Assembly (NCBI GenBank): GCA_963760795.1
Contig: CAVXEP010000019.1
Location: 160,001 to 224,000, forward strand
DNA: 64,000 nt
Origin: an uncultured delta proteobacterium
Lineage (GTDB): Bacteria; Desulfobacterota; Binatia; UBA9968
Reading direction: 5' to 3'
The first letter of the stretch is position 1. Each line of letters opens with the position of its first letter. Under the pieces are notes generated by a model that made no database searches, was not told the origin of the DNA, and was given only the letters and a program-made list of their open reading frames with translations. The position numbers and the translations under genes were made by a program. Of the stretch, positions 1-10,013 are shown one piece after another.

Positions 1-1476
1 GAGCCGTGGATTTTCGCCGCGCAAGGCCATTAGGGTAGAAGAAGAATAGAGGGCTTTGATTTCGACGGCATCGGCCAGTCTGACCAGCCCTTTAAGTTCC
101 TCATCGACCAAAGCTTCCGAAGCCTGGTAAGCACGGGCTTGCAAGCGCTGGATCCAAGGAATCTTGTGCAGCAGATCGAGAAACCACGAGCGGCGCACGC
201 CGACGGCGACGGTCATGCCGATCAAGGTCAGGGCGCCGCCGAAGGCGGTGGCCAATTCCTTTTCGACCAGATTGATGCACCAGGCCACGGCGATCATGAC
301 GGTGGTCAGGACGCCGATCCAAAAAGCGAGATCGCGGCGCCCGAGACGCCAACGAATGACGTCCAGGCTGAGCGATGAAAAGACAAAGGCACCGAGCAAG
401 CCGAACGCGTACATCTCGCCGAGCAGTGCGAGCTTGCCTTGGGTGGCCAAAATCACCGCGATGGGGACTCCAGTGGCAATCGAAATGGCGATGTGTGGGC
501 TATTGAAGTGGGCGCTGCGTATGGCGATGATTCGGGGCAAAAATTCCAAACGGGTCAGTGCTAGAAAAATATGATAGGCACCGATGATCGCCGTGTTGGC
601 GGCAAAGAGCAGCAACGTCGAAGCGCTCATGACCACTGCGAGTTTAAGGCCCAACCCGCCCGAGACCATGGCGACTTCGGAAATGAAACGTTCGCTCTGG
701 GTCGCCTTGAACTCGGCCGACAACAGATGGATCGACAACAGGGTCAACAACGGCGAGGTCAATAGCGTGGTCACGATCACAGCTAACATCGCCCAGCGCG
801 CCGTGCGGCGCAGCGGGAAGCGCATGTTCGGCGTCAATTGACTGATACTTTCCAAGCCGGAGAACGCCAGCCAGGCTGCTGCGAAGCCAACCAGCAATTC
901 GCGATAGGACATTGATTGATCCGGCGTGAAGCTGGCCAGCGCTCGCCACAACTGCGCCGGTGAAAACTGCCAGAGGGATACGGCGCCGACAACCAGGTTC
1001 ACTAAAAATGCCGCCAGCGCCATGATTAGGGCGACGGTGGCGCTCTCGCGAATGCCGATGACGTTTAATATCGCCAAGGCGACAAGTCCGACGCAAGCGA
1101 GCACAATGATGTGGCTGTCAATGAAGGGCACCACGCTAGCGATGTAGTGGAAGCCCGAGACCGCGGAGATCGCCGCGGTCAGAAAATAACTGGTGGTAAT
1201 CAACATGCCGCCCAGGCAGCCCCACATGGGACCGAAGGCTTTGGTGGCGATGGTGACGACGCCGCCACCTTCGGGGTTACGCCAACTGATCTCGATATAC
1301 TTCAGGGCGAGTGGGATGAAGCCCAGAGTCGTTAACAAGACGAAAAATGGAGTGTTATCGCCGACGTTGCCGTAGAGGATGCCCGGAACGTAGTAGATCG
1401 AAGTGCCGATGTCACAAAAAACTACCGCCCAAGCAAGGAGCCAGGTCAGTTGTCGAGTGTCCCTCGTGGGTTCCAT
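1..1476 (-). CDS. APC-superfamily permease (amino acid or KimA-like K+ transporter), runs off the window start
   Basis: Manual minus-strand translation from ATG 1476 is open to base 1: MEPTRDTRQLTWLLAWAVVFCDIGTSIYYVPG...NPEGGGVV...AFSGLESISQL...YAFGLLGAF; many TM helices plus a soluble tail. Confidence 0.85.
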   Translation of the reverse strand, partial: MEPTRDTRQLTWLLAWAVVFCDIGTSIYYVPGILYGNVGDNTPFFVLLTTLGFIPLALKYIEISWRNPEGGGVVTIATKAFGPMWGCLGGMLITTSYFLTAAISAVSGFHYIASVVPFIDSHIIVLACVGLVALAILNVIGIRESATVALIMALAAFLVNLVVGAVSLWQFSPAQLWRALASFTPDQSMSYRELLVGFAAAWLAFSGLESISQLTPNMRFPLRRTARWAMLAVIVTTLLTSPLLTLLSIHLLSAEFKATQSERFISEVAMVSGGLGLKLAVVMSASTLLLFAANTAIIGAYHIFLALTRLEFLPRIIAIRSAHFNSPHIAISIATGVPIAVILATQGKLALLGEMYAFGLLGAFVFSSLSLDVIRWRLGRRDLAFWIGVLTTVMIAVAWCINLVEKELATAFGGALTLIGMTVAVGVRRSWFLDLLHKIPWIQRLQARAYQASEALVDEELKGLVRLADAVEIKALYSSSTLMALRGENPRL

Positions 1477-1582
1477 GATGCCAGTAAAGATGGTTGGAGC
1501 TGTTCTATTTCGAGGGCCAGGTGATAGGCTCTTGCATTGATAACGCCCTTCGACTTATCATGCAACTCAACATCCCGATCCT

Positions 1583-2698
1583 ATGGCCCTGCCGGTTCAA
1601 TACTTTCAGAAGCTCGTTGAGAGTTCTCCTGACATCATCATTTCGGTCGACAAGTCCGGCACGATTACTTTCTACAACGACGGCGCGCGGCAGAATTTGG
1701 GTTTTTCCTACGACGAAGTCTTAGGCAAAAACGTTTTAGAGATTTATCCTAACCTCGAAGAGGCGCGCAAAGTCATGAAGACAATGCGTGCCGACGACGG
1801 TGACGGCAAGGGCCGGGTCAGAAACTTCGAAACGGTTTTCAAAACCAAACGCGGCGAGCAGATGCCCGTGGCCATTTCCGCTTCGATTATTTACGACGAT
1901 CAGGGCCGCGAAATCGGCTCCATCGGCTTTGCCAAGGATATTCGCGAAATCCGCCGGCGCGACCGTTTAGTAACCCTGGCCGAGATCGCCGTCGGGTTGT
2001 CCCATGAGATCAATAATTGTTTGGAAGTCCTGGTCAATCAGACCGAGTTGATGAAGAAATATGTCGAGCGCGTCGCCAGCGACGAGGATTATATCGTCGA
2101 GTCGGACCGCCTCGACTCGGTGGCGTCCCAGGTGCGCAAGATGCAAGACATCACGACGCGCATGGCCAAAATGGCCGAAGAGGGCGAGTACGGCACCACG
2201 GAGTATCTCGACGGCAAGATGATGACCGATCTCCATGTCGATGCCACGGCTGGCGAGAAACCCTGCGTCCGGCCGGCGCCCGACGCGCGCTTTCCTTTGA
2301 GCGGTCTTAACGTTTTGGTGGTCGACGACGACGCGGGCATATGCCAGTCGCTCAAGCAGCTGTTGGAGTCGGAGCGCTGCTGCATCGAGACCGCGGCTTC
2401 CGGTGTCTACGCCATGGAGTGGTTGGGGCGGCGTCGTTTCGATGTCGTGTTGAGCGATGTCGTCATGCCTGACATGGATGGTTACGAGCTCTATCAAACC
2501 GTCAAGAAAAACACGCCCGAGCTTCCTGTAGTCTTGATGACGGCGTTCAATTACGACAAAGACCACATCATCAAGCGCAGTTGCCTCGAGGGTTTGCAGG
2601 GCGTGATCTTCAAAAAACCGGTCAATCCGACCATGCTCAAAAAAGTCTTGCTGCAACAATGCCGGCCCGAGCCGGTACCGCCGCCCGCCGCGCCTTGA
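1583..2698 (+). CDS. PAS - HisKA(DHp)-like - receiver signalling protein with no HATPase domain
   Basis: PAS (SSPDIIISVDKSGTITFYN...IGFAKD), H-box (LSHEINNCL), REC (VLVVDDD...LSDVVMPDMDG...KKP). Confidence 0.85.
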   Translation: MALPVQYFQKLVESSPDIIISVDKSGTITFYNDGARQNLGFSYDEVLGKNVLEIYPNLEEARKVMKTMRADDGDGKGRVRNFETVFKTKRGEQMPVAISASIIYDDQGREIGSIGFAKDIREIRRRDRLVTLAEIAVGLSHEINNCLEVLVNQTELMKKYVERVASDEDYIVESDRLDSVASQVRKMQDITTRMAKMAEEGEYGTTEYLDGKMMTDLHVDATAGEKPCVRPAPDARFPLSGLNVLVVDDDAGICQSLKQLLESERCCIETAASGVYAMEWLGRRRFDVVLSDVVMPDMDGYELYQTVKKNTPELPVVLMTAFNYDKDHIIKRSCLEGLQGVIFKKPVNPTMLKKVLLQQCRPEPVPPPAAP

Positions 2699-2734
2699 TA
2701 AACTTGATAGTCAATCGCTCAACTGACCGCGCCC

Positions 2735-3070
2735 GTGAATAAAGAAGAATTCTACAACCAGGGGATGGAGCATTTCGCTGAAGATCGCCTGGACGATGCG
2801 GTTGCCGCCTATCTCCATGCCCTCGATGAAGATCCCAATTACGCCGAGGCGTTGCATGCGTTGGCGATGACCTACGCGCACCAAGAGAAAGTCGATCAAG
2901 CCATCGACGTAGCTAAACGCTTGATCGCGGCGGCGCCGGAAGATGAACTCGCCTATACCAGCTTGTCGATCTTCTATCAGCAGAAGGGCATGATCGCCGA
3001 AGCCGAAGAGGTTGGCGCCAAGGCCCGTACCCTCGGTTGGAAGCGCCAGCTCGCCGAGAACAAACGCTAG
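2735..3070 (+). CDS. Small TPR-repeat protein
   Basis: TPR patterns (AYLHALDEDPNYAEALHALAMTY; LAYTSLSIFYQQKG). Confidence 0.8.
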   Translation: MNKEEFYNQGMEHFAEDRLDDAVAAYLHALDEDPNYAEALHALAMTYAHQEKVDQAIDVAKRLIAAAPEDELAYTSLSIFYQQKGMIAEAEEVGAKARTLGWKRQLAENKR

Positions 3071-3300
3071 TCCACGTTTCGCAGTTCACTCACACTCACT
3101 CACCATCGATTACCAAGAGGCGGCAAGCCGGTGTCTAACACGCTGCGCTAAAACGTGCGCCGGCGCATCGAACACTTGCGTTCACAGGGGAAAACTTTAA
3201 CCGGTCTTGTGTTTGTGGGACGCCACGGCTGGCGGAAATCCGCCAGCCGAATATCGAAAACGGCGCCGCGGATCGAAACGAACCGCGCAAGGGTAAACCG

Positions 3301-3452
3301 GAATCCGGAGCACAAACTTCGAAACCGAGGCCCAATAAATTCGAAATCAGAAAATCCAAAAACGCCGAATCCGATTCCCCTGTTTGGAACCCTTGCTTGT
3401 GTTTCATTTTCCATAGCTTTGAATTTGTTTCGGATTTCGTGCTGCGAATTTT
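3301..3452. repeat. Imperfect inverted-repeat intergenic element built from AAATYCG-like units
   Basis: Left arm GAATCCGGAGCACAAACTTCGAAAC...AAATTCGAAA vs reverse complement of right arm AAATTCGCAGCACGAAATCCGAAACAAATTCAAA; lies between convergent genes. Confidence 0.45.
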
Positions 3453-3470
3453 TCTAGGTGCATTTCCAAA

Positions 3471-4700
3471 TCAGCTCTCACCGACAGCTTTAGCGTCACG
3501 TAAACTCGTACGGAAGTTGACCACATAGCCGACCAGACCGATGGTGAGTGCGCCGCAAATCGCCACCGTCCAAGGTGCGCCGATCCAGGTGGCGATCAGG
3601 CCGAAGGGGAAGCTGCCCATGGGGCCGAGGCCGCGATTGATCAAACCGAACATCGACATGATGCGGCCGCGGTTATGCTCGTTGGTGTGGAATTGCAGAA
3701 GCGTGGCGACCGCCGACAGGAATGTCGTTTGGAAGCCGCCGGCGATAAACAAAAACACCAGCGACAATGGAAAGCTGCGCGAAGTGGCGAATAGGGCGAT
3801 CGAGACACCGAAGCCGGCGGCGAGGCCAAACAGCAGCCGCGCCGGCCTGGGGAAGCGGCGCACTGAGGCGAGTGTCAGCCCGCCCAAGATCGCGCCGGCG
3901 CCGGGCGCCATGAGCAGCATGCCGAGACCGGGAGCGCCGACATTCAAGATCGTCTGCGCGAACACCGGCATGAACTGGGTGTACGGCTTGGTGCAAAAGC
4001 TGACGACGGCGAGGACCGTGAAGAGTGCGAGAAACATCGGCGTGTTCCATGCGAGCCTCAGACCGTCGATCATATCGCGTGTAAGACTGGTCTTGCCGCT
4101 TGCCGGCTCGGTAGCAGGTATGTGGATGAGAAATATCGTGACCAACACCAGCAGATTACCGATAGTGGCGAGAAAGAAGCAGCCTTTGGTATCGATCACC
4201 GGGATTAGCAGACCTCCGATGGACGGTCCGAACAGCATCGAGCCGTTAAAGACCATTTGATAGAGCGTGACCGCGTTTGGCAAGTCTTCGCGCGGCACGA
4301 GATGATGCAGGATCGACTGGCGCACCGGCTGCTCGAAGGAAACCAGCAAGCCGGTGAACGCCGAGACCAGTAAAAGATGCCAGACCTGGATTAGCCCGAG
4401 ATGATGCATGACGCCGAGAAAAAGCGCCATCGCGACGAAGCAAATTTGGGTTAGCAAAAAAATGGTTTTTCGGTCGGTACGGTCGACCACGGCGCCGCCG
4501 AAGGCGGAAAACAGCACGCGCGGCAACCCGAGGCAGAGTCCTTCCAGACCCAAGTAAAAAGGCGATTCGGTGAGTTGAAATATCAGCCAAGTTTGCGCCG
4601 TGGTTTGCACCAGGGTACCGGTATGGCCAAAAAATAGGCCGAGCCAGTAGATCAAGTAGTCGCGGTGGCGAAAGGCGCGGAACGTGGTGTTCAGAAGCAT
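3471..4700 (-). CDS. MFS transporter (MFS_3 / EntS-like)
   Basis: 409 aa, about 12 TM helices, GAVVDRTDRK motif A, NRGRIMS motif. Confidence 0.85.
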   Translation of the reverse strand: MLLNTTFRAFRHRDYLIYWLGLFFGHTGTLVQTTAQTWLIFQLTESPFYLGLEGLCLGLPRVLFSAFGGAVVDRTDRKTIFLLTQICFVAMALFLGVMHHLGLIQVWHLLLVSAFTGLLVSFEQPVRQSILHHLVPREDLPNAVTLYQMVFNGSMLFGPSIGGLLIPVIDTKGCFFLATIGNLLVLVTIFLIHIPATEPASGKTSLTRDMIDGLRLAWNTPMFLALFTVLAVVSFCTKPYTQFMPVFAQTILNVGAPGLGMLLMAPGAGAILGGLTLASVRRFPRPARLLFGLAAGFGVSIALFATSRSFPLSLVFLFIAGGFQTTFLSAVATLLQFHTNEHNRGRIMSMFGLINRGLGPMGSFPFGLIATWIGAPWTVAICGALTIGLVGYVVNFRTSLRDAKAVGES

Positions 4701-4844
4701 GAAGGTAGTCTTATTGCCGCGCTTCGTGGAGTTTGCATTGGCGCAACCGGCGCTTTAGCCCGAACGGGTATAACGCGCGATCATGACCGCTGCGGGTTGT
4801 TGGCCATCGGCGCGATGCATCGTTCTAGGCAAGGGAAGAAAACT

Positions 4845-4919
4845 TGGTGGTCCCAACGGGAATCGAACCCGTGTTCCCGACGTGAGAGGCCGGTGTCCTA
4901 ACCGCTAGACGATGGGACC
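4845..4919 (-). tRNA. tRNA-Glu(CTC)
   Basis: Reverse complement GGTCCCATCGTCTAGCGGTTAGGACACCGGCCT-CTC-ACGTCGGGAACACGGGTTCGATTCCCGTTGGGACCACCA; cloverleaf with encoded CCA. Confidence 0.95.
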
Positions 4920-4920
4920 T

Positions 4921-4996
4921 TGGCTGAGGAGGCAGGACTTGAACCTACAATCGCCTGATTCAGAGTCAGGTGGCTTACCAATTAGCCGACTCCTCA
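4921..4996 (-). tRNA. tRNA-Gln(CTG)
   Basis: Reverse complement TGAGGAGTCGGCTAATTGGTAAGCCACCTGACT-CTG-AATCAGGCGATTGTAGGTTCAAGTCCTGCCTCCTCAGCCA; U1-A72 pair. Confidence 0.95.
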
Positions 4997-5051
4997 AATT
5001 CGCAGCGAATTCAAAGTAGAAGAATTGATTTACAGAGTCAAGTTGGCGGAC

Positions 5052-6467
5052 TCAAGCTTTGGCTCGCTCAACTGCTTGTTTGAGTCGAGCAATGCTGCGG
5101 TCTTTGCCGAGCACCGCGATGACATCGTGGATGCCTGGGCTTACGGTCGATCCGGTTAGCGCGACCCGCACCGGTTGCGCTAGTTCGCCCATCTTCAGGC
5201 GCTGTTCTTCGAGCGTGCTGGTGAAGGCATGCTCGATGTTGGCTTCGGTGAATTCACTCAGCGCCGCTAGTTTGCCGGCCAGGGAGGACATGCTGTCGGC
5301 TGCGGCTGCGGTCAAAAACTTCGCCGCGGCGTTCTCGTCGTAGACGATTCGGTCGTCGAGATAGTACCGCGCCATCTCCACCAGCTCGACCAAAGTCTTG
5401 GCGCGCTCGCGCAAAGTTGCGATCATCTTTTCGAGCCACTGGCGATCCTGAGGTACTGGATAGCCCTTCGCTTGGATATACGGGACGACTTCTTCAGCCA
5501 GTTGAGACAGTGGTTTGGTCTTCAAATAGTGAAAATTCACCCAGAGAAATTTTTCGGGATTGAAAATGCCTGCAGCCTTGCCGACATGTTCCAAGCTGAA
5601 CATGTCGAGCAATTGCTGGCGCGTAAATATCTCCTGGTCGCCATGGGACCAGGCCAGACGGACGAGATAATTTACCACCGCCTCGGCTAAGTAACCCATG
5701 TCGCGATAGGTGATGACCGAAGTGGCGCCATGGCGCTTGCTCAGCCGCGCCTTGTCGGTACCCAAGATGAGCGGCACATGAGCGAATTGTGGTAGCGGAC
5801 TGCCCAAAGCTTGGTAGAAATGAATCTGCCGCGGCGTGTTGGACAGATGGTCGTCGCCGCGGATGATATGGCTGATCGCCATGTCGATGTCGTCGACGAC
5901 GACGCAGAAATTATACGTCGGCGTGCCGTCGGTGCGGGCGATGATGAGATCGTCAAGCTCGCGGTTTTCAAAGACGACATCGCCCTTGATCAAATCTTTG
6001 ACCACCGTCGTGCCCTCGCGCGGAGTGCGAAAGCGGATGATATAGGGCGTGTCGGTGGGCAGCGCCGCAATCACGCCTTCTGCGGGCCGGCAAGTGCCGT
6101 CATAGGAAGGTTTGCGTTTTTCTTTCATCGCCGCTTGGCGTTTGGCGTCGAGCTCCGCGGCACTGCAAGTGCAGGGATAAGCTTTGCCCATGGCCAAGAG
6201 TTCCTGGACCTTTTGCCGGTAAAGCGGGTAGCGCTCGGTCTGATAAAACGGCCCCTCGTCGTAATCGAGTTCGAGCCACTTCATGGCGTCGAGAATCGCC
6301 TGGATCGCCTCGGGGGTCGACCGTTCGCGGTCGGTGTCTTCGATGCGCAGGATAAACTTGCCGCCATGATGACGCGCGAAGAGGAAATTAAACAGCGCGG
6401 TGCGCGCGCCGCCGATATGGAGGTAGCCGGTCGGGCTGGGAGCGAATCGGGTTCTGACTTGTGCCAT
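5052..6467 (-). CDS. gltX: Glutamate--tRNA ligase
   Basis: RFAPSPTGYLHIGG (HIGH), LSKRH (KMSKS equivalent), 471 aa. Confidence 0.97.
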   Translation of the reverse strand: MAQVRTRFAPSPTGYLHIGGARTALFNFLFARHHGGKFILRIEDTDRERSTPEAIQAILDAMKWLELDYDEGPFYQTERYPLYRQKVQELLAMGKAYPCTCSAAELDAKRQAAMKEKRKPSYDGTCRPAEGVIAALPTDTPYIIRFRTPREGTTVVKDLIKGDVVFENRELDDLIIARTDGTPTYNFCVVVDDIDMAISHIIRGDDHLSNTPRQIHFYQALGSPLPQFAHVPLILGTDKARLSKRHGATSVITYRDMGYLAEAVVNYLVRLAWSHGDQEIFTRQQLLDMFSLEHVGKAAGIFNPEKFLWVNFHYLKTKPLSQLAEEVVPYIQAKGYPVPQDRQWLEKMIATLRERAKTLVELVEMARYYLDDRIVYDENAAAKFLTAAAADSMSSLAGKLAALSEFTEANIEHAFTSTLEEQRLKMGELAQPVRVALTGSTVSPGIHDVIAVLGKDRSIARLKQAVERAKA

Positions 6468-6571
6468 TGCGTGAAGCTAACAGGCGGCTGAAATGGCGTC
6501 AACGGCGCGTTATGAAATCGCCGCGGATATGCTAATATCCGCGGAATTAAAGTAATCCTGGGGTAGCTAAC

Positions 6572-8290
6572 ATGGCAGAGGGAGACAGTAGCAAAGATAG
6601 CTCGGCGAATGAGTCGGTGCCATCTCATTTCATTCGTAACATTGTCGTTGAGGATATTCGGCAGAACAAAAATCACGGCCGAGTCCATACTCGGTTCCCG
6701 CCGGAGCCCAATGGCTACTTGCACATCGGTCACGCCAAATCGATCTGTCTCAATTTCGGCTTGGCTGCCGAGTTCGGCGGCAAGTGCAATCTGCGTTTCG
6801 ACGACACGAATCCAAGCAAGGAAAATGTCGAGTACGTCGATTCGATCAAAGAAGACGTCCGCTGGCTAGGGTTCGCTTGGGACGGAGAATATTACGCCTC
6901 GGATTATTTCGAGCGGCTCTACCAGTTTGCCGCGCAATTAATTCACGCCGGGATGGCGTTTGTTTGCGATCTCAACGCCGAGCAGATGCGCCAGTATCGC
7001 GGCACGCTCACCGAGCCGGGCAAGCCCAGCCCCTATCGCGACCGCTCGGTGGACGATAATCTCGACCTGTTTCAGCGCATGCGCACCGGCGAAGTGCCGG
7101 ACGGCGGCCGCACGTTGCGCGCCAAGATCGATATGGCGTCGCCCAATATCAATCTGCGCGATCCGGTCATGTACCGGGTGCTGCGCGCGACCCATCATCG
7201 CACCGGCGATAACTGGTGCATTTATCCAACCTACGACTTCGCCCACGGCCAATCCGATTCCATCGAAGGCATTACGCACTCGATTTGCACGCTGGAGTTC
7301 GAGGATCACCGGCCGCTGTACGATTGGTTTTTGGATCGACTGGCCGTGCATCATCCGCAGCAGATCGAATTTGCCCGGCTCAATCTAACTCACACCGTGT
7401 TGAGTAAGCGTAAGCTCCTGCAACTGGTCCAGCAAAAGCTTGTGGCCGGCTGGGACGATCCGCGCATGCCGACGTTGGCCGGCATCCGCCGGCGCGGTTA
7501 TACGCCGGAAGCGATTCGTAATTTTTGCGAGCGGATCGGCGTGGCCAAAGGCAACAGCACCGTCGATATCGCCATGCTTGAGCATAGTCTGCGCGAGGAT
7601 CTCAACAAGCGCGCGCCGCGCGTGATGGCGGTGTTGCGGCCGATCAAAGTCGTCTTGGAAAACTATCCTGAGGGTCAGGTCGAAGAGTTGGAAGCGGTCA
7701 ACAACCCTGAAGACCCTAGCGCCGGCACGCGCAAAGTTCCGTTCTCCCGCGAGCTTTACATCGAGCAGGACGATTTCCGTGAAGAGCCGCCCAAAGGATT
7801 TTTCCGTCTCTCACCAGGCACAGAGGTCCGTCTGCGTTACGCCTATATCATCAAGTGCAACGAAGTCGTAAAAGATCCCAGCAGCGGTGAGGTGCGCGAG
7901 TTGCGCTGCACCTACGACTCGGAAACGAAAAGCGGCTCGTCGCGAAGCAAGCGCAAAGTCAAAGCGACAATCCATTGGGTATCCGCATCTCATGCCGTCG
8001 AGGTTGAAGTCCGACTCTACGATCATCTTTTCGCGGTGGAGGACCCCGATGACGTACCGGAAGGCGCCGATTGGCTCGCTAACATCAATCCCAGTTCCCT
8101 GGAGCGTCTCGTCGCGTGCCGTGTCGAGCCCAGTCTCGCTGGCGCAAAAATCGGCGAGCGCTATCAGTTCGAACGGCTGGGGTATTTCTGCGTCGATCGG
8201 GAGTCGACGGATCAACGAAATGTGTTCAATCGCTCAGTAACGCTGCGGGATACATGGGTGAAAGTGGGGAGGGTGAGGAGGAGCACCTAG
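6572..8290 (+). CDS. glnS: Glutamine--tRNA ligase
   Basis: [39 protein letters not shown]. Confidence 0.97.
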   Translation: MAEGDSSKDSSANESVPSHFIRNIVVEDIRQNKNHGRVHTRFPPEPNGYLHIGHAKSICLNFGLAAEFGGKCNLRFDDTNPSKENVEYVDSIKEDVRWLGFAWDGEYYASDYFERLYQFAAQLIHAGMAFVCDLNAEQMRQYRGTLTEPGKPSPYRDRSVDDNLDLFQRMRTGEVPDGGRTLRAKIDMASPNINLRDPVMYRVLRATHHRTGDNWCIYPTYDFAHGQSDSIEGITHSICTLEFEDHRPLYDWFLDRLAVHHPQQIEFARLNLTHTVLSKRKLLQLVQQKLVAGWDDPRMPTLAGIRRRGYTPEAIRNFCERIGVAKGNSTVDIAMLEHSLREDLNKRAPRVMAVLRPIKVVLENYPEGQVEELEAVNNPEDPSAGTRKVPFSRELYIEQDDFREEPPKGFFRLSPGTEVRLRYAYIIKCNEVVKDPSSGEVRELRCTYDSETKSGSSRSKRKVKATIHWVSASHAVEVEVRLYDHLFAVEDPDDVPEGADWLANINPSSLERLVACRVEPSLAGAKIGERYQFERLGYFCVDRESTDQRNVFNRSVTLRDTWVKVGRVRRST

Positions 8291-8382
8291 CGCCAGTTAG
8301 AGGATGTAAGACCTTTTTGGAGAAATTCCAGTCTTTAGTCATTGATTTGGATGATTGACAGGTCGCCGCGTAGTTCACCGGT

Positions 8383-9654
8383 TTAAAATTTATACCCCAC
8401 TGATACGATGACAAAGTTACTAAACGTTTCATACTGATCTTTGCCTGGAGCGCCTGCGAAGGGTATTCCGGTCGCAGGTGTCCCTTCCAGCTCGTTGTTG
8501 GTTATCCGGCGAGTTTTGTAGAATACCGCTTGATAACCCAGGTCGAAAGAAAATTTTTCCCATTTATAGCCGATACCTACATTCAAGGTGAGTTTGTCTG
8601 CATCGGGGATGCTGGGATTTTGTGTGCCGTTTGGTATCGGAGTTTCTTCAACCGCGAGTCCGCCGCGCAGTTCAATATTCTTAGTTAGGCTATAGTGGCT
8701 GCCAAATCTGACCGTACTCGTGTCTTGCCAATTTTGTGGAAGATTAAAACCGGGCAGCGGCCCGCTCTTAAATGTCGCTTTGAATGTCTTAAATTCGCTC
8801 CAGCGGGTAAATTCATAGACTAATTCCGCGCCCCAGGCCGGTGTTATTTGCCAGTGTGCACCGGCGTTAATAACGGGTGGCAGCGGTATCGGCTGAACAT
8901 CTGCTTTCACTTTCTGGCCACCCAGCACTCCACCAAGTTTCGCGTCGGCATCATCGAACCGAATATCTGTCCGTCCACGATAGCTGAATCCAAACTTCCA
9001 GTTATCCAAAGGCTTGATTAATAGACCGACGTTGTATGCGAACGCATTCGTTGTGTCGGTCACGCGCAGGTGCGCTTCTGCCGCTCCAGGCGCGAACGTA
9101 CAAGCCAGAGTGTTAAAGCAAAGAGAGCGAGAGAATAACCCTGACGCATGGACGAAACTAGCACCGGCGCCAATCGACAGTATCGGCGAGGGATGCCAAG
9201 ATAGCGATGGAGTGACATACAATGTTCGAAGCTCCGTACGTTCGGCGGCGAAACGGGTGAAGTCCCGCTCATACGTTGTCGCAAGTCCAAAAGGTGTGTA
9301 GGTTCCGATACCCGCCGAAATGTCAGTGCCGGGGATATGATAGTTGGCGAAGAGGCTCCCGAGGAAGTTGTCGTCGTGTTTGTTTACTGCCTCTCGGCCA
9401 CTATTCTCCACCGAACTTACGGCCCCAATATACATTCCATTGAGGAGAAGGTTGTTCCCAGGCACTTCTGAAAGCGCAGCAGGGTTATAATAGACGGCAG
9501 ACGCATCATCAACGCCGGCAGTCATGGCATTGGAGAGAGACAGTGCTCGAGCGGTCTGGTGTGGTATCATGAACCCGCCCGAAATCGCCAAGTCGTTTCC
9601 GTTAAGCAAAGTGACCAATAATAGACCGTAAAATCCTAATCTCGTGTTGGCCAT
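8383..9654 (-). CDS. FadL/OmpP1/TodX-family outer-membrane channel for hydrophobic compounds
   Basis: Signal peptide then GGF..; DDASAVYYNPAAL hatch motif; PFGL; SIPDAD; C-terminal GYKF. ATG 9654 preferred over the ORF-track start at 9744. Confidence 0.9.
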   Translation of the reverse strand: MANTRLGFYGLLLVTLLNGNDLAISGGFMIPHQTARALSLSNAMTAGVDDASAVYYNPAALSEVPGNNLLLNGMYIGAVSSVENSGREAVNKHDDNFLGSLFANYHIPGTDISAGIGTYTPFGLATTYERDFTRFAAERTELRTLYVTPSLSWHPSPILSIGAGASFVHASGLFSRSLCFNTLACTFAPGAAEAHLRVTDTTNAFAYNVGLLIKPLDNWKFGFSYRGRTDIRFDDADAKLGGVLGGQKVKADVQPIPLPPVINAGAHWQITPAWGAELVYEFTRWSEFKTFKATFKSGPLPGFNLPQNWQDTSTVRFGSHYSLTKNIELRGGLAVEETPIPNGTQNPSIPDADKLTLNVGIGYKWEKFSFDLGYQAVFYKTRRITNNELEGTPATGIPFAGAPGKDQYETFSNFVIVSVGYKF

Positions 9655-9673
9655 CTGATTCCTTAGAAAATCG

Positions 9674-9730
9674 TTGACTCTTAGAGCCGGACTTTGTATA
9701 TCAATGCAAACAATTGCCAATGATTGCCAT
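9674..9730 (+). promoter_or_regulatory. sigma70-like promoter followed by three 10-bp-period direct repeats
   Basis: TTGACT(9674)-N17-TATATC(9697); repeats TCAATGCAAA / CAATTGCCAA / TGATTGCCAT at 9701-9730; RBS GAGGAG before ATG 9744. Confidence 0.6.
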
Positions 9731-9743
9731 AAGTGAGGAGCCA

Positions 9744-9935
9744 ATGCAAGAAAATTTACTAACGGCCGAGCAGGTCGCTCAGTATCTGAAAGTGGATAAA
9801 TTCACGGTCTACCGTTTGGTGACCAAGAAAAAGATTCCAGCTTTCAAAGTCGGTAACCAATGGCGATTCGATAAGAAAATTATCGACGCTTGGCTTTTGA
9901 AGAACTCGAACATGGGAGATCAGACAAATCTTTAA
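9744..9935 (+). CDS. HTH_17 (excisionase/BldC-like) small DNA-binding protein
   Basis: LLTAEQVAQYLKVDKFTVYRLVTKKKIPAFKVGNQWRF; strong RBS. Confidence 0.9.
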   Translation: MQENLLTAEQVAQYLKVDKFTVYRLVTKKKIPAFKVGNQWRFDKKIIDAWLLKNSNMGDQTNL

Positions 9936-10013
9936 TATGAACAACGTTAGGGGAGTTAGGATCGCCCTAGCAAAGTTGCTGAGTACCCCCACTAGAATTC
10001 GCGGATTGGCGTA

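Noticed and set aside
9705-9719. Minus-strand sigma54-like TGGCAATTGTTTGCA upstream of fadL
   Set aside because: GG-GC spacing is one base short of the strict requirement, and the sequence is already explained by the phased repeats.
9744-9935. Prophage/ICE excisionase marking an integrated element
   Set aside because: No integrase, att duplication or phage genes seen in the window; the tRNAs are separated from this region by gltX and glnS.
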